Source of the DNA: a virus
Taxonomy: Duplodnaviria; Caudoviricetes
IMG/VR virus record: IMGVR_UViG_3300021964_000087
Location: 1-55,237 of that record
Direction: 5' to 3' (one strand)
Length of the DNA stretch: 55,237 nucleotides
In this document: in pieces, positions 37,901 to 47,268 of the stretch
How the letters are laid out: each line of letters begins with the position of its first letter
Position numbering within the stretch: position 1 is the first letter of the stretch
Translations under genes and position numbers: made by a program
Notes under the pieces: generated by a model
Told to the model about the DNA's origin: nothing
Databases searched by the model: none
Seen by the model: only the letters and a program-made list of their open reading frames with translations

Positions 37901-39692
37901 TCCAACTAGAAGTTTCTCTTTGTAAGAATACTCTATTCATTTCTAATAGACGTTGTGCATTAGGATTTCTTGGTCCGTTTTCTACCTGTTCACAAGCATA
38001 GCGTATTGTTTTAAAAGGTTTATCTAGAGTTACACCATACCCCGGTGCTGGACTATCTGTTCCGCTTGGAGCCACATAGTAAACTTGATCTACTTGTCCT
38101 AGTGTTACCCATTCAGGATATGTTCCATCTGATCTTAAAACTTGTCCTGCTGTTCCGATAGGAAGTCTTGTTGGTCCTGCGCCTGAGTAATAAACTAAAT
38201 CACCCTGTGTTGTAAGAATGTCAGTGTCACTACCAATACTCAATACGTTCCAGTATGTTCCTGTAGTATCTTGATCAGGTCTTGAATTATCTGCGCCGCC
38301 GCCTTCAACTCCAATTGTTGAGCCGTCATCACCTTCTGATCTATGTGCTAATATACAAATATATGCATTTGATCCAAATCTTACAGAGTCCCCTAGCACA
38401 TATTCTACATCATCTTGCCATTCGCCTTGCCAACTTATACCACTGTTTAAAAGATTCCAGTAACTAGAGTTAGGCGGAACTGCTCCTGCTTCTGCAGTCA
38501 TCGATCCACTGGCGGTCGAAAGTGTAAACACTGTCCCGCCTGGAGTTGTTGAAATTGTAAATTGTGTTGGCGATACTACAGTTTTAACGTAATAGGTTGC
38601 ATCGGCTAGTATTCCACCAAAAGTAGTTCCGCTAAATTTAATTGCCATATTGGCAACTACACCCGTTGTGTCATTTGCAGTATAAAGATTTCCTATACTG
38701 TTTGACGCAGTAATAGTCATCGAAGTCGATGGTGAATCTGTTAATGCTCTATAGGTATAACCATTGAGTCTTACAACATCGCCAATCTTGTAACTTGTTG
38801 AAATGCTCCAAGATGCTCTGTATTTTAATCCTTCTGAAAAGATGTCCCAATTGACTGAGGATGTAGATGGTGTTTGACCAGTATTAATAGTTTTTGATAG
38901 GTATTGGTTACCACCATATGTTACAACATCACCGTTTTGATAGGTTGTTGCAACTGACCAGTCATTCTCAAATTCGAATCCTTCTACAAATTGATCCCAA
39001 TAGTTTGATGTAACATCATTTCCAAACGTAGATGCATCAGCAGTGTGTGCAACTATACAAATCCAAGATCCGGCACCCTGTTTGACAACATCATTAACTT
39101 TGTATCTAGTTGCAGCAACCCAGTCTCCCTTGTAGTCCAGACCTTGATTAAATGTCTGCCAGTATATGGTTTGTGCTTCTAATCCAGATGTTATATCTGC
39201 TGAAGAATAGTGTCCTGATACTGCAACGTATGTATATCCGCCATACTTGACTAAATCATTTTCTTTATATCTTGTGTTAGGAGTCCAGTCACCCTTCCAG
39301 TCTAGTCCTTCTGCAAAAATATCCCATTCTGTTTCATTGGCTTCTAAACCTGTTGCTGTTTCTTCTCCCGCCACTCCTGAATCTGTTGCAGAGTTTGATG
39401 TGTGTGAATCTGTGCAGATATATAAATTAGCACCATACTTAACAATGTCCTGTTCCTTGTAGAATGTGCTGATTGTCCAATCACCGCGCCATTCCTGGCC
39501 GTCACTCATTTGATTCCATTTAGTAGGACTGAAGTCTAAATCTGTATAAAAATCCAATGCCGATGTATGTCCTACGGAACAAATATACGTTCTTCCTCCG
39601 TATCTAATTACATCATCAACGTAATATGTTGTAGAAGGAGCCCAGTCGCCCTTCCATACAAATCTAATTCTACCTAGTTTAAATTCTGCCAT
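31968..39692 (-). CDS. Giant modular tail/baseplate-associated structural protein (2574 aa)
   Basis: Seven N-terminal WxGxW...Y...DxVxYGG repeats (CBM5/12-like), four KCxRD helical repeats, a beta-helix-like region, and BNR/Asp-box-like W..VAYG.G.FVA repeats. Confidence 0.8.
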   Translation of the reverse strand: MAEFKLGRIRFVWKGDWAPSTTYYVDDVIRYGGRTYICSVGHTSALDFYTDLDFSPTKWNQMSDGQEWRGDWTISTFYKEQDIVKYGANLYICTDSHTSNSATDSGVAGEETATGLEANETEWDIFAEGLDWKGDWTPNTRYKENDLVKYGGYTYVAVSGHYSSADITSGLEAQTIYWQTFNQGLDYKGDWVAATRYKVNDVVKQGAGSWICIVAHTADASTFGNDVTSNYWDQFVEGFEFENDWSVATTYQNGDVVTYGGNQYLSKTINTGQTPSTSSVNWDIFSEGLKYRASWSISTSYKIGDVVRLNGYTYRALTDSPSTSMTITASNSIGNLYTANDTTGVVANMAIKFSGTTFGGILADATYYVKTVVSPTQFTISTTPGGTVFTLSTASGSMTAEAGAVPPNSSYWNLLNSGISWQGEWQDDVEYVLGDSVRFGSNAYICILAHRSEGDDGSTIGVEGGGADNSRPDQDTTGTYWNVLSIGSDTDILTTQGDLVYYSGAGPTRLPIGTAGQVLRSDGTYPEWVTLGQVDQVYYVAPSGTDSPAPGYGVTLDKPFKTIRYACEQVENGPRNPNAQRLLEMNRVFLQRETSSWIEAQVTAGSGIWSGFDYDEYKCERDVGFIIDRLIWDIGHGGNLKVRAAALSFVNGFSADGEFSDASEDKVYAGAGLAAEAEQSVAAYTYLQTIIGNVLANEAPAVAYQDGSDSSAVAAQYIDTDYTSEAGVTTTITALMKIVTDTITAGDTSAIPERLVPNVLINVKAGQYREVLPIIVPAETCILGDEVRSTNVRAAAASDRTTDITDAFYTVGTFNHFADIASKVVAGTTVTPSSGNTTAQDQTWPLADDSETGDVVAKLVNVMKEQVDFRLGTKHTTTLVDPTGYNSSYLVGYGTARKNITLNKKFFQEEIVQYITNNYPTLKYSKTKCKQDVGYIIDALSYDLTYGGHFQTLNAARAYWDGTSSVRALSEATVPQTIAAYRHLKSILSQVVRNTNISELQSTVSQYFNTDAGTGAETFVENNFDIILNTLAGDSTGADLPSITISDIASNVISTAAAHGLQVGDTITPLESDKNLVANEKYWVITVPATDEMTISETFGGSTFTLVDGSGLSIPAHKEDLPAVTNAVSSTTALITAAETLDAQQEALVTLVDTYISTEYPTLEYNEAKCKRDTRLILEAVMFDFMLGDGSGNASTDFATHIAGLSYLRSTSSDVYTLGQKAATRAAYQYLATVIAGDTATYLNSNATAAARVASLMDKLDTIFYGSTNEGSVCQTDLRVRDYASLKLEQNRAFLKAEMSAYIDNEYSDTVTNTTASTNIITVSGNTNWLIRDAAIEFTGTTFGGITAGTTYYVQDVKSSTTFTISETRNSNTPLTLTTASGSCEVEITYNETLCQRDVDTYIDALKWDIKWLSNYKSRYVSRYYANAVLGSQEEDMYYLRNGTGIRNQTLDGLNGDVLPENEYGTSRVSAGAYCSLDPGWGPDDFRTWIIARSPYVQNNTTFGYAATGQKIDGSLHAGGNDSIVSNDFTQVISDGIGAHILNNGRAELVSVFTYYSHVGYLAESGGRIRGTNGNNSYGDFGSVAEGFDADETPGTAIVDNKFQYEATIGNTVTDGANEVVSLEFTNAGSDYTEATWGIFGAGANAATTADEFRDGAVFTVDLLDNVDDSTTAPEADGNYGGFGYITNSNTAQGGTSSSVTIAATDSETSLAYIGMKLILTGGAGVGQYGIIDSYNSGTKIAGIVKESDGSSGFDHFIPGTTIASPDASTTYTIEPAISFTAPAFSSTARSLTTTTTWADIAYAPIYTSYLNTIPGTYTGDGENATFDIFRKGTKYVVQIKDGGSGYSRLETITILGTSLGGATTANDLTITITSVNSVNGEIQAVDIAGYAAGGNFLALPSASGNTVNYSGNGNSWSAVTTLPVSTTWTSIAGGKLTITETATNFVTGRSYEITDSGDTPWLSIGSSSILAGTFFTATGPGTFTTTAGEAKPIAARLIAIAGGSGIDDTAYSEDGGETWTAGGNLPSTGSWNAVAYGDGRWMAIEGGTTNAAITEDGGVTWTATTALPSSATWSDVAYGGGRWVVIATGGTAVAYSDDDGDTWSSGSGLSSSDWTSVAWGNNRFVAVSNTTGTKAAISIDYGATWTETTLPASKDWTHVTYGQGVFLAVTDTDNTGATSEDGILWTSRTMSTSANGFVASVHGNPNQSGSFVSIAGTSGTVASQTLAGATTRARAAVAENKIFAIRLLEPGSGYSTAPTITITDPNNTFEAPTEVKIGNGALSQPSWTNRGTGYISASADLDTGDGYAEFQQEGQFIAVRRLTERPVPGSNVVFGHKPNTVYKLVQVLTLLGEYDGSYTAFLQVAPNVTVFDSPPDGTSVTTRIRYSQVRLTGHDFLDIGTGNFTETNYPGTPTQVPVQAQETRDSDGGRVFYTTTDQDGNFRVGDLFTIEQSTGVATLNADAFNISGLQELTLGEVTLGGGSASITEFSTDPFFTANSDSVVPTQRAIKAYISSQIGGGGASLNVNSVTAGFVYIANNQITTTTGDIIKMQAKFNFQGGVTGLPIAFNYFLT

Positions 39693-39747
39693 TGTCGTTT
39701 CCGCTTGTTATGTTATATTTATCAATACGTTGCATTGTTACCTACCT

Positions 39748-42700
39748 TTACTCTGGATCAAAAGATCTAAAAAACATTGTTTGAGCCATCATGCTACCAC
39801 TTATTTCTGCGCCTGCTCCTGAAAAATCTGCAAGTTTAGGAATTTGAACTTCAATTCCTGCAACATTACCAATTAAATTAGGACCAACCTTTACAGTTCC
39901 CGCAATAAAACTAGCCGTTAGTAGATCTGATCCACCAACGTTTAACCTATTTTGTAGATAGGCTTTAATTGCTCTCTGCGTAGGAACAATATTATTTGAA
40001 TCAGCGGTAAATGCAGGGTCTGTTGAAAACTCTCTAACAACAGTTCCTGATCCACCTAGTCTTACACCACCTAGCGCAAGTTCTGTTAGACCTTTTAGAT
40101 CAAAGAAGTCTGCACTAATTGTAACGATACCAGTTGCTTGCTCAACCTGGAATAATTCACCTGTTCTAAAGTTACCTGATTGGTCAGTGGATGTATAGAA
40201 TACACGTCCACCATCTAATTCTAAGACTTCATTTTCTGGTGCAGAAGCATAGTTTTCTCCTGATGTGTATATAGTAGGATAATTTGTTTCAGTAAAGTTA
40301 CCGGATCCTACATCCAAGAAGTCATGTCCGCTAATTCTAACCTGTGAATACCTTTCTCTAATTTCAACCTGCGATGTATGTTCTAGGAAATCATCAACAG
40401 TTAATTCGGGAGAAACTCTAAATCTACCAGTTATCGTTCCGTCAGCATCGGTGCTTTCTAATGCTGTTGTAATTACTGTGTAGAAGGTTGAGGTATCCCC
40501 TCTAAATCTAAACTGTGTGCCAGGTCCTGGTAATAACGCTAATCCGCTCACACTAACAAACTGATCGCTCGGTATAACATCGGCAAATCCGTCTCCAAGT
40601 AATGTGACCTGTGTAGTAGATGTTCTATATCCAACACCTCTGTTAATCCAGCTCGGTTGTGCAAGAACTGCATCTCCGGTTCTAACTTCGACATATGCAT
40701 CAGCAGTATTTGCAGGATCAGTAAATGATACAGTAGGAGGGGAAGAATATCCAGATCCAACATTCCATAATCTAACTTTATCTATGGATCCTGCTTCTAC
40801 GATTGCTCTACCTTGAGCCTGCGCACCTGTCAATACTTTAGACCCATGATCTAATCCGTATGCAACTGCTACCCACATTCCTGTGCTGTTTGATTGTGTT
40901 GTAGAATCTCCTAGTGTAATATCCGGATTACCAAATGCAACACTTTCCCATTTCGCATTTTGTGTGAGTGTTCTAGTTGTCCAATGAACTCCATCTTCTG
41001 AAGTTGCTGAAAAATTACTATCAACGGCTGGAGGAATGTCACCTCCTATTGCCCTATTTGTTCCACTATCACCCACCGCAAAGAATACGCCTTGGCCATA
41101 TCTAATTTTTTTCCAGAAGTGGGCTGTTGAACCATCCTGTGTTGGCATTGTTGCTGGTAGCCAATCTTCACCATCAAAACTATAAGCAATTTCGCCGGTT
41201 CCAGATACGGCTACGAATCTATTATTTCCGTATGTGACACTCTGCCAATCTTTTATGGTTGAATCTGCAATTACATCCATTACAAATGTTTGCCATGTCA
41301 TGGTTCCTGTTACTGAACTGTATGTTCCTACAGCCGCAAAGTTACCACTGTTAGCAATTGCTACAAATTTATTCTTTCCATATGCAATATCAACCCATTC
41401 ATTAAAACTAGAATCGCCTATATCCGGAAGTGTAGTTGCCGTCCAATTTTTTCCATCGGTGCTAAATGCGCCAGCATCGCCGTCGCCTGCTATTGCAACA
41501 AATAAACCGCTTGCGCCATTGTTTAATCTACCAAATGTTACAGCATTCCATTGAGAAGAGCTAGGAAGTGATCTAGTAGACCAAGTCTTTCCGTCTTCTG
41601 AATATGCTGCTCCTGTTGATCCTTTTCTTATGGCTACAAACTTATTGTCGCCGGCAGCAATTGATGACCAGTCTGCTGACACAGGAAGAGTTCCTGTAGT
41701 CCAACTATCCCCGTCTTCAGAATAAGAAAATGTATCCCCGTCTGTTTCTATTGCAACAAATCTACCACTTTGAGCTGTTCCTATATGAGTAAATCCTAAA
41801 ATGCTGTTTGTGCTATCGTCTGATGTTGCTGTTATAGTTATTACAACATCGTGTTCACCGTCAACTCCCCCAACATCATCGCCGCTAATTGTAACTGTTT
41901 GTCCTACTTCATATCCTGCACCTGGATTAGTCACTGTTACTTCGTATTTCCTTCCGACCTTATCTACAGTAAATTCTGCGGTAATTGGTATGATTCCTAG
42001 AGTTACTCCTGTTCCTGCGCCGCCGGTTACTGCCAGATATGTTTCTTTGGTTTCGCCATATGCTATATCAACCCATTTTCCGCTATCGCCTAGATTAACA
42101 TCTGAAGCCGTAAACCCAGGGTGACTAAATGTAACTCTAGGTTCAAATCTATATGTGTTATCAGTGAATAATTGTGTTTGGATTGGAGTTCCTGGAATAA
42201 CATGATCCCACCCTGCAGTATCGTCAGTTTCTTTGGCAACGTTCAACACCTTTGAAATAGGATTAAATCCTGTCACATACCCATACTGTCCTGCACCCTT
42301 ACCACTTGTAATAATAACCCTCAACCCAAGTAATTCTGATTCTTCGCTGTCATCGTTTGATGCAAGAGTAAGTGTTGTTGTTGTTCCTAACTGTGCATTG
42401 TTACCTTTCAGCGAATAAGCAAGACCGCCTATTGTTCCTCCACTGTCTCCGGGAGCATTTTTGAGAAGTGCTTCAAAAACAGCATTGTCTCTAAATTCAT
42501 CCTGCACTACTTGTGCATTAACACCTGAACCAACAAATGTGTAATTTGCAAAAGAATAATTCTCTCCTGCATTTTCATATTCTAGTATTAAAATTTCGTC
42601 ATTCACTTCGCCTGCAAAAGCCGATGCAATAGTTGCTTGGGTGGTTCTAGTATCAACTTCTGCAAATGCAGGAGTTTCAGTTGGGTCATTACCATCTGCT

Positions 42701-45372
42701 ACTGCACCAAAACTACCATAGGATGAGTTTCCGTTGGTTGCCCTGATAACTCCGCCGTCTTCAGCGAACATACCAATCTGTGCATAATAGGTAAACACTG
42801 ATACTAATTCTGCACGTCCGTTGTTCAATACCCACGCACCAATTCCGTCGCTACATACTTGCGTAAAATCGTTTGATACTATTGATTTGTTGCCGCCGGC
42901 ATGTAACGCTCCGTCAATTTTCTGTCCAATACAATTGTCACCAAATGTAGTTACGTTTTGTATATATGGAGATCTAGTAGTAATCCACGTTCTATCATCA
43001 TTAGGTCCCCAGCCTGGATCGAGAGATACAAATGATCCACCGGTTGGTCTTTGGTATAGTTCAAATACGTTAGGCGGGTTTAAGGTTCCTGTTAATCCTT
43101 TAGTTGTTAAATCTCTAATTCCTGTTGAATTTCTAACATAGAACATGTCGTCCGAGGAAGATCCTAAAACAGCATTTTTATAATATCTTGCTGCTTCGAT
43201 CATATGATAAGTTCCTGGATACAGTGTATCATTTATAACTGCGTCTACAAAATGTCTGCCAAACTTATCATAATAAAATTCGTCGACAACATACGACGGA
43301 TATGTTTGTTTAACAAATGCAATCATTTCTGCAATTATAAATTCTCTGTTTGCTGTAATAATCTTTTCAATATTTCCGTATGCGTTACTGGAGGTTTCTC
43401 TAGTATTTGTTCCGGATAATGTTGGCTCTGCTCCTGAGCTATCTAAGTAAAATGTAATATAATCAGTAGCCGTATCAACAGTATCTTGCACTTCAGTAAT
43501 AATATCTGTTGGAACAACATCGTCATATTGTTCATTTAGATTAAAGTCAAATACGGGTGGTGAAAAACTAACATTTTCTAAACCACTTACTGATATTATC
43601 TGACTTTGATCATTGCCTGGTGATTTTGTAAAGGATGTTAATTGTAGTATGCTTCCTAATATAGATTTAAGTCTACCCAGTGCTGTTTTTTGATAGGCAC
43701 TATCATTGGCTAATGAAGCAACTGCCGGTAATGGTTTAACTGTTGTTGATCTTAGTTCACTTCCTTGAATTGCTACTCCTGCTGGAACGATGATAGGTAA
43801 AATTTCATGATAGATTCCTGTTGCTACTTTGATCGTTGTTAGCTCATAATCAGTTGATTTTGCAACCTGTTCGCAGGCAAATCTTAAAGTTCTATATGGG
43901 CTGTCAGCACTAGTTCCTCTATCAGAATCAGTTTCGTCGTCTAGTGCAATTCTGTCGTCTGAACTAACATAAACTACTTTTTGTATAACTCCAAACTGTT
44001 TATATCCAACTCTTATTTCGTCAGTAACATGAACAACTTGGTTGGCTGTTCCTATAGGAACGTTGGTTGCACCAAATGTTGATCCGTCACCTGCTAGTTC
44101 TCTTGAAAGATCATATGTTAGTAAATCTCCCGGTGCACTAAGTCCGACATTATCTCCGGCTTGTAACACAAGATCCCAATAATAAAATCCGTTACCATTA
44201 TCTCCCGGATAGTTTGTATTGTCTGCTGGATGGGCTATATTACATCTGTAAACATTACCAAGAAATAATACCAAGTCACCAATTTCATAATTATTAACTG
44301 CTGACCAACTTGATGTCCAATTATCGCCTGCAACCACAATTTCCCAGTTAGATGAATCGAGATAGTCTAGTGTGCTTCCGTCATCTGAACTGATAGTAGT
44401 ATCTAGTAGAGCAACATATAAATATCCGCCTCTTCTTACTAAATCGCCTGTAAGGTAATCAGTATTTGTAGACCAATTTCCTCTTAATCTAACTGCCTTG
44501 GATATCAGTGACCAAGACGTGTCAGGAGATGGTTGACCGTATATTGATGTTGCTGGATTTATATCATTGTTATTGATCTTTGCAACATACACATATCCTC
44601 CATGTCTGACTACATCTCCTACTGCATAGTAAACACTAGAAGACCAATTGTCATAGAAGTTGAATCCTAGAAATTCGTTTTGGAATTTGTCATTATCAAT
44701 TGAAGTTTCAGCAGAGTGTCCTTCTGTGCATCTTAAAATGCTTCCGCCATACTTGACCAAATCGTTCTGTGTGTATCTAATACCGTCAGTCCAATCTCCT
44801 CGATATTGAATTCCTTCGTAGTATACTTCCCATAACTCAGCAGTGCTGTCGTTATTACCATCTTGATTTCCAAGTTCTAAACCTAGTGTTGTTGATAATG
44901 AAGTGTGTTCAGCAATACACTTGTAAACTATACCGTTATACTGGACTATATCTCCAATACCGTATCGTGTAAGTGGAGACCAATCGTTTGCCCATGCTAA
45001 TGCAGAAACATATTCAGCCCATTTATCTGCATTATCTAAAAATGTTGCATCTGAAGTATGACTTTCAATTGCTAGATAAATTACACCCTTGTATAATACT
45101 GTATCGCCTGGGGAATAAAGTTCTCCACTTGGAACCCATGCATGACGGAATTTTCTACCATCTGTCATCTTGATCCATGCTGGTGTGTATCCGCTATCGC
45201 CTGGATTTGCTAGATATTCTTGGTCATTTTGAAAAGCAGATGCTGTGTGTTTTCTAAAACATACCCAGGTAGACCCGCCAAAACTTACAACATCATCTTT
45301 TTGATATTCTTGGCTAGTTGTCCATGCACCTTTCCAGGTATATCTAAGTCTACTTATTTTATATTCTGCCAT
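39748..45372 (-). CDS. Giant modular tail/baseplate-associated structural protein (1874 aa), paralogue of 31968..39692
   Basis: Same architecture; near-identical blocks SLDPGWGP.D.RTWI..RSPY.QN, SIVSNDFTQV.SDGIGA, RYSQVR..GHDFLD.G.GNFTETNYP. Confidence 0.8.
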   Translation of the reverse strand: MAEYKISRLRYTWKGAWTTSQEYQKDDVVSFGGSTWVCFRKHTASAFQNDQEYLANPGDSGYTPAWIKMTDGRKFRHAWVPSGELYSPGDTVLYKGVIYLAIESHTSDATFLDNADKWAEYVSALAWANDWSPLTRYGIGDIVQYNGIVYKCIAEHTSLSTTLGLELGNQDGNNDSTAELWEVYYEGIQYRGDWTDGIRYTQNDLVKYGGSILRCTEGHSAETSIDNDKFQNEFLGFNFYDNWSSSVYYAVGDVVRHGGYVYVAKINNNDINPATSIYGQPSPDTSWSLISKAVRLRGNWSTNTDYLTGDLVRRGGYLYVALLDTTISSDDGSTLDYLDSSNWEIVVAGDNWTSSWSAVNNYEIGDLVLFLGNVYRCNIAHPADNTNYPGDNGNGFYYWDLVLQAGDNVGLSAPGDLLTYDLSRELAGDGSTFGATNVPIGTANQVVHVTDEIRVGYKQFGVIQKVVYVSSDDRIALDDETDSDRGTSADSPYRTLRFACEQVAKSTDYELTTIKVATGIYHEILPIIVPAGVAIQGSELRSTTVKPLPAVASLANDSAYQKTALGRLKSILGSILQLTSFTKSPGNDQSQIISVSGLENVSFSPPVFDFNLNEQYDDVVPTDIITEVQDTVDTATDYITFYLDSSGAEPTLSGTNTRETSSNAYGNIEKIITANREFIIAEMIAFVKQTYPSYVVDEFYYDKFGRHFVDAVINDTLYPGTYHMIEAARYYKNAVLGSSSDDMFYVRNSTGIRDLTTKGLTGTLNPPNVFELYQRPTGGSFVSLDPGWGPNDDRTWITTRSPYIQNVTTFGDNCIGQKIDGALHAGGNKSIVSNDFTQVCSDGIGAWVLNNGRAELVSVFTYYAQIGMFAEDGGVIRATNGNSSYGSFGAVADGNDPTETPAFAEVDTRTTQATIASAFAGEVNDEILILEYENAGENYSFANYTFVGSGVNAQVVQDEFRDNAVFEALLKNAPGDSGGTIGGLAYSLKGNNAQLGTTTTLTLASNDDSEESELLGLRVIITSGKGAGQYGYVTGFNPISKVLNVAKETDDTAGWDHVIPGTPIQTQLFTDNTYRFEPRVTFSHPGFTASDVNLGDSGKWVDIAYGETKETYLAVTGGAGTGVTLGIIPITAEFTVDKVGRKYEVTVTNPGAGYEVGQTVTISGDDVGGVDGEHDVVITITATSDDSTNSILGFTHIGTAQSGRFVAIETDGDTFSYSEDGDSWTTGTLPVSADWSSIAAGDNKFVAIRKGSTGAAYSEDGKTWSTRSLPSSSQWNAVTFGRLNNGASGLFVAIAGDGDAGAFSTDGKNWTATTLPDIGDSSFNEWVDIAYGKNKFVAIANSGNFAAVGTYSSVTGTMTWQTFVMDVIADSTIKDWQSVTYGNNRFVAVSGTGEIAYSFDGEDWLPATMPTQDGSTAHFWKKIRYGQGVFFAVGDSGTNRAIGGDIPPAVDSNFSATSEDGVHWTTRTLTQNAKWESVAFGNPDITLGDSTTQSNSTGMWVAVAYGLDHGSKVLTGAQAQGRAIVEAGSIDKVRLWNVGSGYSSPPTVSFTDPANTADAYVEVRTGDAVLAQPSWINRGVGYRTSTTQVTLLGDGFADVIPSDQFVSVSGLALLPGPGTQFRFRGDTSTFYTVITTALESTDADGTITGRFRVSPELTVDDFLEHTSQVEIRERYSQVRISGHDFLDVGSGNFTETNYPTIYTSGENYASAPENEVLELDGGRVFYTSTDQSGNFRTGELFQVEQATGIVTISADFFDLKGLTELALGGVRLGGSGTVVREFSTDPAFTADSNNIVPTQRAIKAYLQNRLNVGGSDLLTASFIAGTVKVGPNLIGNVAGIEVQIPKLADFSGAGAEISGSMMAQTMFFRSFDPE

Positions 45373-45377
45373 CTGTT

Positions 45378-45746
45378 TTATCCGTTACTTGAGGTTCCTG
45401 TTGGATATTCATAGTTCTGATTTATTCTTTGAACTAACATACCTTCGCTATCTACATAATATAGAATACTTCTATTATCCCATCTATATTGTGTGTAATA
45501 CATATTGTCATATTCTTTTTCGTGATCTGCTTTAACTCCGTCAAAGTAATCAATTCCTGGTTCAAAATCTTCAAAAGTTTCTGCTGGTGGTCCGGGCAAG
45601 TTTAGATCAACACTATCCTTGTCAACAATATTATCAACTCTTCTTAAATAAATTTCGCCATCATCATTGCGTCTAATCATGTATAGATAACGAGGACTAT
45701 CTCCTAGTGCATTTTCAGGGGTTTGTCCAAAATAGTATGTTGACAT
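45378..45746 (-). CDS. Hypothetical protein in the structural operon
   Basis: 122 aa, Tyr/Asp-rich, coupled to the upstream gene. Confidence 0.65.
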   Translation of the reverse strand: MSTYYFGQTPENALGDSPRYLYMIRRNDDGEIYLRRVDNIVDKDSVDLNLPGPPAETFEDFEPGIDYFDGVKADHEKEYDNMYYTQYRWDNRSILYYVDSEGMLVQRINQNYEYPTGTSSNG

Positions 45747-46078
45747 TATGATATCTCCACATAACTTACTGTAACATCAATGCTGTCATCAGTATCTGTT
45801 TCTAGTCTTAACCCTGCCGTTGCAGGCAATATTAATCTTTCACCGTTGGTAATAACTTTAGCACTAGACCCTGGTGGTATTGGAACTTGCCTTGCATAAT
45901 TACCTTGTGTTGAATTTTCATCTACTACATACAAATTACAAACTACCATGTCATAATCTGAAGTATTTGATAGATTGCATCCTACCACTGTTGCTCTAAC
46001 GCCCGCTCCAATTTGTAGAATATCTACCGGAGTTATTCCTACTCCTGTTACTACATCCTGTTTAAATACCGTTGGCAT
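45746..46078 (-). CDS. Small beta-rich virion protein (family of three)
   Basis: TVVGCNLSN...VPIPPGSS....GERLIL.....L.....DDSIDVTVSYVE. Confidence 0.65.
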   Translation of the reverse strand: MPTVFKQDVVTGVGITPVDILQIGAGVRATVVGCNLSNTSDYDMVVCNLYVVDENSTQGNYARQVPIPPGSSAKVITNGERLILPATAGLRLETDTDDSIDVTVSYVEIS

Positions 46079-46084
46079 ATTTCT

Positions 46085-47152
46085 TTATCCTAACATTAAT
46101 GCAAATGACGCACCAATGTCATTCGCTACAATTTCTGATACCGCACCAGAGGAACCTGCTGGAGAAGCCCATGCAGCACCGTCCCATACTTCAATGGCTT
46201 TTGAAGTTGTGTTATATCTTGTCATTCCAACCACTGCATACGCACTTGGTCTTTCTGCGTCTGTTCCTCTCGGAGGAACAAAACCGTTTGTCGTATCAAT
46301 TTTAAAATAACCGTTTCCTGTTTGTGTAATTTGTGTAATTGCGCCGCTCGAAACATTTTCAATTACATTATCAGTTATTTTAAAATTACCTAATCTTACA
46401 CCGCCGGTTCCATTACCGTTGATGTATAAATCTAAACCTGTTGTTGTTGTAATTTCGTTATCACGAAACATCAAATTACCAACATCTAGTGTATCCAATG
46501 TTAAACTGTCTGCAACCACATTGTTAATAAACAATTCCTTCCATCTAAATGTTGGACTTCCTAAACTATAAGTGTTATCAGTTTCAGGAATAAGATCACT
46601 CTTGATAGCAGCATTAATTTGTATTGTATCAGTTAGTGCATCACCAATCGTAATATTGCCGCCAATAGTTACATCTCCATCTGCATCAATATTTCCAGAA
46701 ACATATAAGTTTCCATCAATGTTAGTGGAGGCAAAAACTTCTAGTGTTCCTGTTCCGTTAGGGCGTAGCTCTAGTGTTGCATTTGAATTAGTTGTTGATA
46801 TAGTGTTACCTTCAATTTCAAGATCGTCAACTTGTAATCTTGAATGATAGATAACTGGATCTGCGCCTGACGGCACAAATGAAATAGTGTCTAAATCACT
46901 TGAAATTGTATTGCCGGTAATGTGTAAGTTACCAACATCTACTTGGTTGTCTACTGTTAGTGTTGTAGTTCTTGTGGATCCGGTTACGTGTAGGTCAGTT
47001 GTAGGCGCTGAGTTATTGACACCAATGCGAGCATTGTTTACATCAATATACAAAATATCAGGGTCACTTGCTCCATTTCTAAAGGTTAAATCCACACCAT
47101 CACGTATGAGATTTGCCTTTAAGAGCGGACCACTTATACGACCAATCGCCAT
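46085..47152 (-). CDS. Tail-fibre-like structural protein
   Basis: GRISGPLLKANL.R, LYIDVNN.RIG, repeated I.GNTIS...L.PNGTG, C-terminal PRGTDAERP...GMTRYNT. Confidence 0.7.
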   Translation of the reverse strand: MAIGRISGPLLKANLIRDGVDLTFRNGASDPDILYIDVNNARIGVNNSAPTTDLHVTGSTRTTTLTVDNQVDVGNLHITGNTISSDLDTISFVPSGADPVIYHSRLQVDDLEIEGNTISTTNSNATLELRPNGTGTLEVFASTNIDGNLYVSGNIDADGDVTIGGNITIGDALTDTIQINAAIKSDLIPETDNTYSLGSPTFRWKELFINNVVADSLTLDTLDVGNLMFRDNEITTTTGLDLYINGNGTGGVRLGNFKITDNVIENVSSGAITQITQTGNGYFKIDTTNGFVPPRGTDAERPSAYAVVGMTRYNTTSKAIEVWDGAAWASPAGSSGAVSEIVANDIGASFALMLG

Positions 47153-47254
47153 TTGCTCTCCTTATACACGGGGATCCTGTCCCTCCAACTACCTTACATT
47201 GCGAGTTGACCACAGTAAAAGATTAACGTTGGTCTACGTTAACAATAGTATTTA
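47153..47254 (-). promoter_or_regulatory. Late promoter (47249-47254) plus a structured 5' leader with possible pseudoknot
   Basis: Hairpins TTAACGT/ACGTTAA, TTAC-TGTG/CGCA-GTAA and GGGA/TCCC; loop CAACT is complementary to downstream AGTTG. Confidence 0.5.
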
Positions 47255-47268
47255 GCCAAAAGGAAAGA

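Noticed and set aside
32161-39989. Repeated DNA blocks near the 3' ends of two tail genes as a possible diversity-generating retroelement TR/VR pair
   Set aside because: Both copies are coding in paralogues, the matches are short, the differences are not adenine-specific, and no reverse transcriptase is present in the window.
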